Shown in pieces: positions 21,901 to 31,406 of a stretch of 64,000 nucleotides of DNA. The notes under the pieces were generated by a model. The model saw only the letters and a program-made list of their open reading frames with translations, made no database searches and was not told where the DNA came from. Origin of the DNA: Spirochaetaceae bacterium. Its GTDB lineage: Bacteria; Spirochaetota; Spirochaetia; DSM-2461. Position 1 is the first letter of the stretch; each line of letters starts with the position of its first letter. Made by a program: the position numbers and the translations under genes. The stretch covers positions 2,624,001 through 2,688,000 of the forward strand of contig OZ245056.1 of the NCBI GenBank assembly GCA_965224705.1. Reading direction: 5' to 3'.

Positions 21901-23451
21901 ATCGAGGATCTTTCCCAGTTGATTTATGACCTTAAAAATGCCAATCCCCAGGCCCGGATTTCTGTAAAGCTTGTGTCGGAATCGGGTGTGGGTACCGTCG
22001 CGGCCGGAGTCGCCAAGGGTAAAGCGGACATGGTTCTTATTTCCGGATGTGATGGAGGAACAGGAGCAAGTCCTTTGAGTTCCATAAAATATGCTGGTAC
22101 CTGGTGGGAACTGGGACTGGCAGAAACTCAGCAGGTGCTGGTTATGAATAAACTCAGGAGCCGTATAAGGGTGCAGACTGATGGTCAATTGAAAACTGGC
22201 CGGGATGTAGCCATTGCGGCTCTTCTTGGAGCCGAGGAGTTTGGTTTCGGAACAACAACCCTTGTTTCTCTTGGATGCGTCATGATGAGAGCCTGCCATA
22301 CAAATGCCTGTCCGGTTGGAATTACGACCCAGAATCCAGAGCTGCGCAGGAGATTTACAGGAAAACCGGAACATCTACAGAATTTCATGAAATTCATAGC
22401 TCAGGAGTTGCGGGAAATCATGGCCGAACTTGGTTTTGAAACTGTCGATGACATGGTCGGCCGGGTGGAGATGCTGAAAGTAGATGAGGCCATCGATCAC
22501 TACAAGGCGAAGGGACTTGATTTTTCAAGAATTCTCCATCCAGCTGAACGACCTGATAATGAACCACTTCACTGCACTGGTTCTCAGGAGCATGATTTCT
22601 CCCTCTCCCTGGATCCTTCTCTCATAGAGGAATGCCTCCCAGCCATTGAACAGGGTGAAAAAGTCCAGATTGAGCGGAAAATCCGCAACTGTAACCGAAG
22701 TGTTGGAACTACTCTGAGTTACAGGGTTACCATGGTTCATGGTTCGGCCGGGTTGCCGGATGATACGATTACTGTGAACTTCAATGGCTCAGCGGGCCAG
22801 AGTTTCGGTGCATTTCTAACACGGGGGATTACATTTCATCTCGTTGGTGAAGCCAATGACTATTTTGGAAAGGGGCTTTCCGGAGGTCAGCTTATTTTAA
22901 CACCTCCTCAAGGAGTCACGTTCTCCGGTTATAGAAATATTATAACGGGTAATGTGAATCTCTTTGGAGCGACTGAAGGCAGGGCATTCATCAATGGTAT
23001 GGCCGGTGAACGGTTTTGTGTTCGTAATTCCGGAGCCATTGCTGTTGTTGAAGGTGTTGGAGACCATGGCTGTGAATACATGACGGGGGGAATCGTCGTT
23101 ATTCTTGGACCGACAGGTGTGAACTTTGCGGCTGGAATGTCGGGAGGAATCGTGTATGCCTATGATGACAGTCAGTTGTTTGATACACGGTGCAATCTTG
23201 AAATGGTGGATATTGAACCGGTTGTGGAGGAAGAAGATATTGCACAGCTTCATCAGCTTGTCAAACAGCATACAGAGTACACTGGAAGTCTTGTAGGGAA
23301 ATGGATCCTTGAATCATGGGAGGAAAGCCTGCCGCGCTTTGTAAAAGTGATCCCCATAGAATACAAGCGTGCCCTGGAGAACATCCTCAAGAGAGAGACT
23401 CAGAAAACAGATACAATGGTCATTACTGAGGAGGTTTTGTTCAATGGGTAA
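18919..23451 (+). CDS. gltB: Glutamate synthase large subunit
   Basis: HDACGVGF, HQRYSTNT, AMSFGSIS, QIKMAQGAKPGEGGQLPG, GXGXG C-terminal domain; SD GAGGAG. Confidence 0.98.
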   Translation: MLKTSGLYDPLQEHDACGVGFIARINGIKSHDIVEKGVEILCRLEHRGAVGGDQKSGDGAGMLIQMPHDFLDKATSFSLPEAGTYGVGMTFLPENPERRSIAAQMTEKICAAEGWDFLGWRDVEVNPDCLGDIARRSMPCIRQFFVKKDSLSGKNLERHLYILRKCLIRAGNEAGFVIEEYYMVSLSSQTIVYKGMFVASQFLSFYTELTDPDMVSALALVHQRYSTNTFPSWPLAHPFRYIAHNGEFNTIRRNLNTMHARQASLSSELFGDELEKLYPIAVSKGSDSAVFDNVFELLVHAGRDMEHAIMMMIPETFGAKYHMSEDKRAFYEYHAAVMEPWDGPAVIAFTDGTRIGATLDRNGLRPGRYTVSRDGLVVMASEAGVIDFKPEEILEKGRLAPGKIFVVDVNRGRIIRDNEVKSRISLKVPYRRWLSEEKIELSGLLQAPRKARYDPKTLSFIMRSFGYTFEDMKKIIIPMAQNGQEPVGSMGNDNPVPVLSEKPVLLFDYFRQHFAQVTNPPIDPYRENLVMSLMSFVGREGNLLTETPSHCRQLKLAHPVLTNDDIKYLREVEIEDFSVSTVGLIYSADLPPGSMEKKLQNVCLEVEEAINKGTSLVILTDRGIDRHHLAIPTLLAVSAIHHHLIQVGKRHLAGLLLESGEVREVHHFATLISFGCSGINPYLVFEVLSDTRKRGYFPENLSLQHAMEHYIMAIKKGLLKVMSKMGISTLRSYRGSQSFEAVGLSESLINKYFPGTVSRIGGLDMAALEKDLLSRHQSAWARDNVYANRFPSGGVYSSRVDNDRHLFDSDAIVAMQKAVRTGDYQAFKEYSFIVNDRARGLNTLRGLFSFHRGKSIPIDQVESVEAIVKRFTTGAMSFGSISRETHETIAIAMNGLGARSNSGEGGEDESRCEIDENGADRKSHTRQIASGRFGVNAAYLANCSELQIKMAQGAKPGEGGQLPGHKVDEVIARVRFTTPGVMLISPPPHHDIYSIEDLSQLIYDLKNANPQARISVKLVSESGVGTVAAGVAKGKADMVLISGCDGGTGASPLSSIKYAGTWWELGLAETQQVLVMNKLRSRIRVQTDGQLKTGRDVAIAALLGAEEFGFGTTTLVSLGCVMMRACHTNACPVGITTQNPELRRRFTGKPEHLQNFMKFIAQELREIMAELGFETVDDMVGRVEMLKVDEAIDHYKAKGLDFSRILHPAERPDNEPLHCTGSQEHDFSLSLDPSLIEECLPAIEQGEKVQIERKIRNCNRSVGTTLSYRVTMVHGSAGLPDDTITVNFNGSAGQSFGAFLTRGITFHLVGEANDYFGKGLSGGQLILTPPQGVTFSGYRNIITGNVNLFGATEGRAFINGMAGERFCVRNSGAIAVVEGVGDHGCEYMTGGIVVILGPTGVNFAAGMSGGIVYAYDDSQLFDTRCNLEMVDIEPVVEEEDIAQLHQLVKQHTEYTGSLVGKWILESWEESLPRFVKVIPIEYKRALENILKRETQKTDTMVITEEVLFNG

Positions 23452-24868
23452 GATTAATGGTTTCTTAGACTATAAACGCACTGAGATAGAGTACCGCAGC
23501 CTGGAGAACCGACTGGGTGACTATCAGGAGGTTACCATAGACAAAAAAGTGGAGGATCTGGTGGAGCAGGGGGGACGCTGCATGGCCTGCGGTACACCTT
23601 TCTGTCATACAATCGGCTGCCCGATTGTCAATCTCATACCGGAATGGAATGATGCCATCTGGCGCGGACAGTGGATGGAAGCCTTTGAACGGCTGGAAAT
23701 AACAAACAACTTCCCTGAGTTTACAGGCCGTGTCTGTCCGGCTCCCTGTGAAACATCCTGTACCCTGTCTATCAATGATTCACCGGTAACCATAAAACAA
23801 AATGAAAGAGCTATAATAGAAAAGGCCTTTGAAGAGGGATGGGTGGTTCCCCGGCCTCCCAGACATGAATCAGGCCGTGCGGTGGCCATTATTGGATCAG
23901 GACCGGCTGGATTGGCCGCATCCCAGGAACTGCGGCGGGCCGGTCATTCGGTCACTCTGTTTGAGAAGAATCAAAAAATCGGAGGTCTGCTCCGCTATGG
24001 TATTCCTGATTTCAAACTCGACAAAAAAGTCATCGACCGTCGTCTCAAGCAGTTGGCCGCTGAGGGCATTGTTTTTGAAACAGGTGTGACGGTGGGGGAT
24101 GACCTTTCAATTCGTTACCTGCAGAAGAAATTTGATGCCATTCTCTTCGCCATGGGAGCCCATGTCCCGCGGGATCTCCCTGTGCCGGGCCGGGATCTGG
24201 ACGGCATCCACTTTGCGATGGAATTTCTGGGTCAGTCGAACAGGCGGGTCAGTGGAGAGGCATTTGATACGCCGGAAATAACGGCTGAGGGGAAGAATGT
24301 CCTTGTTATCGGCGGGGGCGATACTGGTTCGGACTGTGTTGGAACTTCCCGGCGGCAGGGTGCGGCCAATGTGTATCAATATGAGATAATGCCCCGGCCC
24401 ATGACATGGGATAATCCATGGAATCCTTCCTGGCCGGAGTGGCCAGAGATCCTGCGTACTTCCTCCAGCCACAAGGAAGGCGTGGAACGGGACTGGAACA
24501 TTGAAACCCTGAAATTTGAAGGGAATAACGGTCGGGTGAACAGGGGAGAGTTCCGCCGCATTGAGTGGGTGCCTGGAGCAAAAGGAGCACGGCCGTCAAT
24601 GAAGGCGGTGGAGAAGAGTGGATTCACTCTGGATGTGGACCTTGTTCTCTTAGCCATGGGTTTTGTGCATCTGGAACACAGCCGTGCTGTGAATGATCCA
24701 GGAATTGCCCTTGATGCCCGCGGCAATATTCTGACGAAGAACTTTCATGCCAATGTGGACGGCTTTTTCGCAGCCGGAGATGCCGTAACAGGATCTTCCC
24801 TGGTGGTGAGAGCTATCCATCATGGCCGCCTGGCAGCCAGAGCAGTTCACGAATGGCTGTCTAATTGA
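23444..24868 (+). CDS. gltD: Glutamate synthase small subunit
   Basis: ATG 23444 after GAGGAGG; RCMACGTPFC, GRVCPAPCE, GSGPAGL, GGGDTGSDC. Confidence 0.97.
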   Translation: MGKINGFLDYKRTEIEYRSLENRLGDYQEVTIDKKVEDLVEQGGRCMACGTPFCHTIGCPIVNLIPEWNDAIWRGQWMEAFERLEITNNFPEFTGRVCPAPCETSCTLSINDSPVTIKQNERAIIEKAFEEGWVVPRPPRHESGRAVAIIGSGPAGLAASQELRRAGHSVTLFEKNQKIGGLLRYGIPDFKLDKKVIDRRLKQLAAEGIVFETGVTVGDDLSIRYLQKKFDAILFAMGAHVPRDLPVPGRDLDGIHFAMEFLGQSNRRVSGEAFDTPEITAEGKNVLVIGGGDTGSDCVGTSRRQGAANVYQYEIMPRPMTWDNPWNPSWPEWPEILRTSSSHKEGVERDWNIETLKFEGNNGRVNRGEFRRIEWVPGAKGARPSMKAVEKSGFTLDVDLVLLAMGFVHLEHSRAVNDPGIALDARGNILTKNFHANVDGFFAAGDAVTGSSLVVRAIHHGRLAARAVHEWLSN

Positions 24869-26276
24869 TGATGAGGCCGATTCGTTCCTTTCGGCGTTCT
24901 GTCTTTCCTCTGTGAAGGGATAGATAGGCTTTTACCGGGGGTATACTGACCAGGTTCCGCAAAGTGCTGTCAGCCGCCCGGGTGTAGGGATTGTTCTCAA
25001 AATCCAGCAGACGGAGAAGGGGAGCCAGGGCCTCTACACGGCCAGCCTCCGCAAATTCTCTGACGGCCGCTGCCTGTTCATGGAGGAGGTATAGATCATC
25101 GGAATCGTTCACATCCAGCAGCAGCAGGGTGCATAACTCTTTGCGGGATCTGTCGGCCATTTCTGAATTGGGGGCCAGCAGAATGACTTTTTCAAGAACC
25201 GGCCGCTGCTGGTTGAAATCAAACTCACCGGGAAATTTTTTCATGATTCGGGAAAGACGGTAGTAGTACTCGGGAAACGATGAGAAATAGCTTTCCAGTA
25301 ACAGCATGGCTCCTGCACCATCCAGACCGGCCAACCCACTTTCAATTCCTGCCGACAGCCCCATGTATGCCCAGACTGGATTCTCAATGTTTTCGTCGGC
25401 TAGAATTCTGTACGCAGTGAGCCAGTCTCCCGATTCCATGGCAAGCAGTGCATCAAGGAAGGGTTCATCATCCAGATCAGCTTTCAGTTCCTGGAGGTTT
25501 GCGGTGATTTCCTGTGAACTGACTTTGCCAACGGCGTGGCTGTATCGGAGGTCCAGGTAGGCTGTAAGAAGACTCAGCGGAATATCTCCGGATTCTTCAT
25601 GGAGGGTTGAGAGAAGCACTCCCGTTCCCAATGTATATCCATTCCTTTTGAAGGATTCATAGGCCGCTTCAAGAGCATCGTCCCATCGGCTGTTTTCCAT
25701 CAGGAGTCCGGTATAAGCTTGAAAATCAATGTCCCTGAATATATCGCGATGGCTGTTCCATACTGTTCTGTAATCTGTCAGGGCGGAATCTGTATCTTTC
25801 AGGGCGAACGAAGCCCTGGCACGATTTAATCGACTCCCAAGGGGATCTTCCGGGTTGGCTGCTAGCGCAGCACTGACAGCCGATAGAACCTCATCAAAGC
25901 GATTCTGCTTGAGAGCAATTTCACTGCGAGTCACATTGAGTACGTAAATTGTTTCAGGATCACTTCCTTTCTTAACCTTTTCCATTGCCTTTTTAAGGAT
26001 TCTATCGGCCTGGGTCCAATCTCCCATCATGAGATTGACCGCAGCAAGATTGGTGAGTATGTCTGGATTGTTCGGATGTTCTTCCAGAATGGATTCCAAC
26101 CCGCTGCGGATGGAATCATAATCATTCCTCTCCATGATCAGTTTGACTTCGTTGCTGACCGTTTCAGCACCACACGAGAAGAAGGATAGTACAATCAGTA
26201 GAATGAGTTCAAAATACTGTCTGCCTGCGGTGGAGGCACTGCCGATTCTTCGTTTCGGAAAATGGATAACAGGCAT
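24861..26276 (-). CDS. Tetratricopeptide-repeat protein, probable lipoprotein
   Basis: Hydrophobic stretch ending LSFFSC followed by TPR-like helices; start placed at ATG 26276 after AAGGGG. Confidence 0.7.
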   Translation of the reverse strand: MPVIHFPKRRIGSASTAGRQYFELILLIVLSFFSCGAETVSNEVKLIMERNDYDSIRSGLESILEEHPNNPDILTNLAAVNLMMGDWTQADRILKKAMEKVKKGSDPETIYVLNVTRSEIALKQNRFDEVLSAVSAALAANPEDPLGSRLNRARASFALKDTDSALTDYRTVWNSHRDIFRDIDFQAYTGLLMENSRWDDALEAAYESFKRNGYTLGTGVLLSTLHEESGDIPLSLLTAYLDLRYSHAVGKVSSQEITANLQELKADLDDEPFLDALLAMESGDWLTAYRILADENIENPVWAYMGLSAGIESGLAGLDGAGAMLLLESYFSSFPEYYYRLSRIMKKFPGEFDFNQQRPVLEKVILLAPNSEMADRSRKELCTLLLLDVNDSDDLYLLHEQAAAVREFAEAGRVEALAPLLRLLDFENNPYTRAADSTLRNLVSIPPVKAYLSLHRGKTERRKERIGLIIN

Positions 26277-26676
26277 AAAACCCCTTTTCAACTCCAGGTT
26301 CTTATACTTATATGACTGAACAAAAGACGTCTTCTGACGAGTGTTGACGAAAATTTTGCGATAATTGATTAGTTTTTCCAGATACGAGTCTGGCCGAATC
26401 GGCCGCATCTCGGGGATCGCGGTGATTCGGTGCATCAGTCTCTGGAGGGATGAAAAATTTCGCCGACAGAGTCTATAGTAAATGCTTGTATTGTCAGGTA
26501 TTATTTTTTTCTCAGAAAGCATTTCTTTTATTTAACAAGCTTTCCGGCACCGTTTAAGAGCTTCCTGATACAGGAAGTTTAATCAAATATTACTTGATTT
26601 CTCGCACTGAGTTCGTTATACTGATACAAATATCTTAGATTTTGCCATACATGAGTATGAGCAATGGGAGGTTCCA

Positions 26677-27984
26677 ATGGAACAAAAAGCGATAAGAATG
26701 GGTATTTTTGCCGTAATACTTATTGTGGTATTGATGGCGGGCTGCCCAGGTGTTACTGACGACCCTATTACTGATGACGACCCTGTTACTCTTCCAGCAA
26801 ACCTGTCGGACGTACAAAATGCAGCGGCTGATAGTTCAGTGGACTTTCTGTCTACCATTGAGGAATTAATTGGTACAACTGTAACGACGAGTACTTCTGT
26901 TTCCTATGAGTCTGCTACAGGTTCTGTGACAGCAGTAAGAGAAGGAACTACTGCTGTTTCAAGGGTAGCTGTTGATGGTGCTCCAACTGAGGGATACGAA
27001 AAACAATTTGATATCAATTTCCCTCCCGGCGGTACTGGCTCAGAGAAGGAAGTTGAAGGTGACGTTACCATTACCACCTATGCCGGTGGGTCATGGCAAG
27101 TAGATGGGGACGATGTTAAGTTCAAAGTTCAGGATCTTGCTGGTAAAGATGAAATGGTTGGTGTCAAATACAAAAGCACAAAAATGGATCCTGACGGGGA
27201 AATTCAGGATGGCGACATCAGCATTCTGGGTGCACTTAGTACGGATGAGGAAAAACCAATCGGCGTTAAAACTCTCTCCACATTGAAAGGAATAGGAGGA
27301 TTCCTCAAAAAGGTTGACAAAAAACTTGCGGGGTTCACGGATCCCGTTAACAATCCTCCGCTTGTACCGGAATCGGGTACAGCAATGGGATCTCCAACGA
27401 CAACTTACTATGTTGATGGAGAGAAGGCAGCGACAGAACCCCCATCAGCGGAAGGCCTTAATTATGAGGATGATGCGGCAGTCCAGAAGTATACTGAAGC
27501 TGTGGGCACGTACCTCGGTACCTTGATAGCCTTAATGAGCGATAATGTGACTCGAGAAACCATTATGAATACCCCCAGGATGGTCAGTAGTGATGCCCTC
27601 AAAGCCCTGGGTGTTGACGCTTCTATTACTACGAGCAGCACAGATTCAATGAAGATAACAAAACCAGATGCCAACAATCTGCAATATACTCAGACCATGG
27701 TGATTAAACTTACCGGATCAATCAGCCTCACGGAAAACGGCAAAACTCAGACACTTGAATTTGTTGAAATGAACCAGGAATCAGAGTTCTCTCAAACAAT
27801 TAGTTTGACTGGTCAGCCATCGGAAGACGATATACCGGACTTCAAAGCACGCTATACCGGCTCTATAAAATTCAATGACGTAGAATTAAAACTGACCAAT
27901 GGGAAGATGAAGCACTTACTGTCATTTCAAAAGGCGATGGCTCCCGATCAAAGCGATCCCTCGGGCCAGAGCCAGGGCGGATGA
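26677..27984 (+). CDS. Hypothetical Thr/Asp-rich lipoprotein
   Basis: SD GGGAGG, signal peptide ending LMAGC, own terminator; no family recognised. Confidence 0.8.
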   Translation: MEQKAIRMGIFAVILIVVLMAGCPGVTDDPITDDDPVTLPANLSDVQNAAADSSVDFLSTIEELIGTTVTTSTSVSYESATGSVTAVREGTTAVSRVAVDGAPTEGYEKQFDINFPPGGTGSEKEVEGDVTITTYAGGSWQVDGDDVKFKVQDLAGKDEMVGVKYKSTKMDPDGEIQDGDISILGALSTDEEKPIGVKTLSTLKGIGGFLKKVDKKLAGFTDPVNNPPLVPESGTAMGSPTTTYYVDGEKAATEPPSAEGLNYEDDAAVQKYTEAVGTYLGTLIALMSDNVTRETIMNTPRMVSSDALKALGVDASITTSSTDSMKITKPDANNLQYTQTMVIKLTGSISLTENGKTQTLEFVEMNQESEFSQTISLTGQPSEDDIPDFKARYTGSIKFNDVELKLTNGKMKHLLSFQKAMAPDQSDPSGQSQGG

Positions 27985-28050
27985 TGTAAAGTTTTTCGTA
28001 CTGGACAGAATTCAGCACACTGCTTCCATAGAGCTGAATTCTTGAGAATC

Positions 28051-28079
28051 AGGCCCTTCCCATGAGGAAGGGCCTTTTT
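28051..28079 (+). terminator. Rho-independent terminator between convergent genes
   Basis: AGGCCCTTCC-catga-GGAAGGGCCT followed by TTTT. Confidence 0.8.
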
Positions 28080-28099
28080 ATTGTCTCCTGAAACCAATC

Positions 28100-28813
28100 T
28101 TATTCATTGACAACAGTATTCCTCAGAACTCCAATGCTCTCAATCTCGACTTCAATGCAGTCATCTGGTTTCAGGGGGCCTACCCCTGAGGGTGTTCCTG
28201 TGAAGATCAGGTCACCCTCATCAAGTGTAATATGGCGGCTGATATAGGAGATGATTTCTGGAATGGAAAAAATCATCCTGCTGGTGTGGGATGACTGCAC
28301 AACCCTGCCATTGAGGCGGGTTTCTATTTTGAGATTGTGTGGATCGACATCGGTACTGCCGGGAAGAATTCGCGGCCCAACAGGTCCGAACGTATCAAAA
28401 GACTTCCCCCTGAACCAGCCTGCCCTGTCGGTATTCTGGAAGTTCCTCTGACTGACATCATTCCCGCAGGTATAGCCAAAAACATGCCTGTGCGCATCTT
28501 TTTCAGCAATATGCTTCCCCTGCCGACCGATGATAACCACCAGTTCACCTTCGTAGTCGGTTCGAGCCGGTTCAGTCCAGGAGTAATCGGAAAGGCACAG
28601 GGGAAGAATTATATTCTGATCAGGTCCAATGAGAGTATTGGGAGTTTTATTAAAGAATACAGGTTCATCAGGCGTCTCTCCATCCAGACCCTTTACCTTG
28701 ATGGAAGCACTTTCGGCGATATGGGAACTGTAGTTCAATCCAACAGCAATGATTTTCTTCGGGTGAACATGGTAGTTGCTTCTGCTGCCGATAACGGGAA
28801 GATTTATATTCAT
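28100..28813 (-). CDS. Fumarylacetoacetate hydrolase family protein
   Basis: KIIAVGLNY, DYEGEL, GNDVSQR, GKSFDTFGPVGP, GDLIFTGTP; ATG 28813 lies 6 nt after TATAAT. Confidence 0.93.
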   Translation of the reverse strand: MNINLPVIGSRSNYHVHPKKIIAVGLNYSSHIAESASIKVKGLDGETPDEPVFFNKTPNTLIGPDQNIILPLCLSDYSWTEPARTDYEGELVVIIGRQGKHIAEKDAHRHVFGYTCGNDVSQRNFQNTDRAGWFRGKSFDTFGPVGPRILPGSTDVDPHNLKIETRLNGRVVQSSHTSRMIFSIPEIISYISRHITLDEGDLIFTGTPSGVGPLKPDDCIEVEIESIGVLRNTVVNE

Positions 28814-28889
28814 GAACTGATTATACACGGATCAAATACTAAAGGCGACTGTTAATTTGCCGATTTTTCGAATAGTAGAGGTATAACCG

Positions 28890-31388
28890 ATGAATAGAGT
28901 GGTCTTTCTGATTCTGCTTATCATGGTCTCATCGATACTCTGGGCAAAGGGCGGAGCAGAATCCAATGATCAGGCAAAGACGCCTGCAGAAAAAGAACTA
29001 CAGCTTATTGATTTGATAAACAGTGGTGATGAACGGGCTGTCGAGGATGCATTGAAACTTGAAATGGATCTGGATTACAGAGATGAAGAAGGATTAACCG
29101 CTCTTCATGCTGCATCCAGAATTGGGAATACTCAACTGGTCGAAAAAATGTTGATGCGGGGTGTCTCAATTGATCCTGTGGATAACCGTGGAAAAACACC
29201 ATTGTATTATGCGGTGGAAAACCAGCAGGGCAGTGTAATCGCCATACTGGCTGAAGCTGGAGCGGATATCAGCATTGAAGACGAGAACGGTTTATCGCCT
29301 GCCATACTTGCACTGGAAAAACAATCAGGAATTATTGGTGACCTGCTTACTGAGAAGACGGTTAGCACACGTTTTACAGATGGAAATACTCTTCTTCATC
29401 TGGCTTCAAAGAAAGGATTAACATCTCATGTGGAGGAATTGATCAAATTAAATGCGGAAATGGCGGTGCTGAACGTCTCCGGACAAACTCCCCTTGATTA
29501 TTCTCTAACCGGCAATCTTACCGGAAATATTGCAGCTTGCTCAGCCATGCTCCTGCGCAATGGTTCACCTGAACCAGGTGATGATAACTGGAAGTATATA
29601 ACGGAACCTCTCCGAACCGGTAACTATGAGATCCGATTTGAATCAGGGGCTTCAGCCCAGCATCTGGCCGCCGAGAGAAAACATGACAGTATGCTGAGTT
29701 TCTTTCTCTCCGAAGGCGCCGATGTTGATTCCAGAGACAAGCATGGAAATACTCCCCTGCATCTTGCCATTCATAAGGGCTATAAAACAATTTCATCGCT
29801 GCTCATTGACAGCGGCGCCAATGTCAATGCACGTGACTACAGCGGTAATACTCCCATTCACCAATCGCTTCCAATGCCCAATGGTTCTGAACTAACAGAA
29901 TTACTCATTGAACATGGAGCAAAGATCAACATCAAAAACAATTCAGGTAGAACGCCTCTGCATCTGGCCGTGCTGGTTAATGCAGAACTTGAATTTGCCA
30001 AACTTCTCATAGATAGAGGAGCCATAATCGACATACGCGATGCTCAGGGGAATACACCTCTATTATTGGCGATTGAAAGCAGTAATCGGGAATATTCGGA
30101 GCTGTTCTTATCCAGAAATGCAGAGATATTTTCAAGAAATAACCAGGGATTAACACCAGTACAGGCGGCATTGAGGCAAAACGAAGATGTTCTCTCGTGG
30201 TTCTTTGCTGAAAATAGAGTGACTCATATTGACAATGAGGGGAAGAGTCCTCTTCATTATGCTGTTATGAACGCTGTTCCACTTGAAAATCTTCAAACTC
30301 TACTCAATCTTGGTGCCGATCCAGATTTACAGGATTTCAATGGTGAAACATCCCTCCACTATGCTGTAAAACAGGGATCGCCCGAGTATGTCAAAGCTCT
30401 TCTCTCCTCGGAAGCCGATCTTAATTTAGAGAATAATTCTGGATACTCTCCATTGATACTCAGCTTCAATGCTGGTTGTGATATAACCTTACGAATACTT
30501 GAAGGAAACAACATTGATCTTGTTGATCAAAGAGGGAACACACCTCTTCACCATGCTGTTCAATGGGAAAAACTGGATATAATTGAGGCACTGCTTGAGG
30601 CAGGTGCGAATCCAAATCATCAAAATAAACAGGGAGCAACACCTCTCCACAAAGCAATAACCTCAAAGAGCATTGATATGGCTGTGAAAATTCTGGAATC
30701 CGGATCTTCTCCTGATACAGGTGATATTCTGGGCCGTACAGCCCTTCATGTCGCTGTCGAATGGGAACGGCCCGAAGGTGTCAGACTCCTAACAAAGAAT
30801 GGAGCTGGTTTGAATGAACAGAATCTGGCGGGTCAAACACCACTTCATCTGGCAGTAATACAAAACAATATTGAAATATGTGAATGGCTGGTGAATTGCA
30901 GCGCATCTCCAGATATCATGGATAGTAATGGACAGACCCCTTTATTTATTGCCAGTAAAAATGCACAGACTGAAGTTATAAAACTCCTTGTACGATCCGG
31001 GGCTAATACCTCGGCCAGAGATAATGAAGGCAGGACAGCCCTTCATGTTGCTGTTATGAACAATGAGCACACAAGTGCCATCAATCTCATTGAATCAGGT
31101 GCTGATATCTTTGCAGCGGATTCCAGCGGCCGTACTCCAGTGGATTTACTTCTTGAATCCAGTCTGGAATTTTCCGCTTCTGTTATAAATTCAAAAATTG
31201 TCAATCGACAGGATAATCAGGGAAATACAATTCTGCATCTGGCTGTTATCAAAGGAGTTGAAAAAAGTTACATCGAATTTTTAATTGAGAAGGGTGCCGC
31301 TGAATCTATGCGCAATGCAAGTGGAGAAACACCCCATAGCCTGGCTGTTAAGATTGGAAATGAAGACCTTTCAGATCTTCTGCTATAG
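28890..31388 (+). CDS. Exported ankyrin-repeat protein
   Basis: Signal peptide followed by roughly twenty GxTPLHxA repeats. Confidence 0.92.
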   Translation: MNRVVFLILLIMVSSILWAKGGAESNDQAKTPAEKELQLIDLINSGDERAVEDALKLEMDLDYRDEEGLTALHAASRIGNTQLVEKMLMRGVSIDPVDNRGKTPLYYAVENQQGSVIAILAEAGADISIEDENGLSPAILALEKQSGIIGDLLTEKTVSTRFTDGNTLLHLASKKGLTSHVEELIKLNAEMAVLNVSGQTPLDYSLTGNLTGNIAACSAMLLRNGSPEPGDDNWKYITEPLRTGNYEIRFESGASAQHLAAERKHDSMLSFFLSEGADVDSRDKHGNTPLHLAIHKGYKTISSLLIDSGANVNARDYSGNTPIHQSLPMPNGSELTELLIEHGAKINIKNNSGRTPLHLAVLVNAELEFAKLLIDRGAIIDIRDAQGNTPLLLAIESSNREYSELFLSRNAEIFSRNNQGLTPVQAALRQNEDVLSWFFAENRVTHIDNEGKSPLHYAVMNAVPLENLQTLLNLGADPDLQDFNGETSLHYAVKQGSPEYVKALLSSEADLNLENNSGYSPLILSFNAGCDITLRILEGNNIDLVDQRGNTPLHHAVQWEKLDIIEALLEAGANPNHQNKQGATPLHKAITSKSIDMAVKILESGSSPDTGDILGRTALHVAVEWERPEGVRLLTKNGAGLNEQNLAGQTPLHLAVIQNNIEICEWLVNCSASPDIMDSNGQTPLFIASKNAQTEVIKLLVRSGANTSARDNEGRTALHVAVMNNEHTSAINLIESGADIFAADSSGRTPVDLLLESSLEFSASVINSKIVNRQDNQGNTILHLAVIKGVEKSYIEFLIEKGAAESMRNASGETPHSLAVKIGNEDLSDLLL

Positions 31389-31406
31389 AAGTCTGGTGAT
31401 TCAACG

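Noticed and set aside
18919..24868. Numerous short antisense or alternate-frame ORFs inside large genes, here and throughout the window
   Set aside because: They are shadows of well-supported genes and have no independent motifs or start signals
26277..26522. N-terminal 82 residues of ORF 24861..26522
   Set aside because: They cross an intergenic hairpin region; an SD-like sequence and signal peptide support the later ATG
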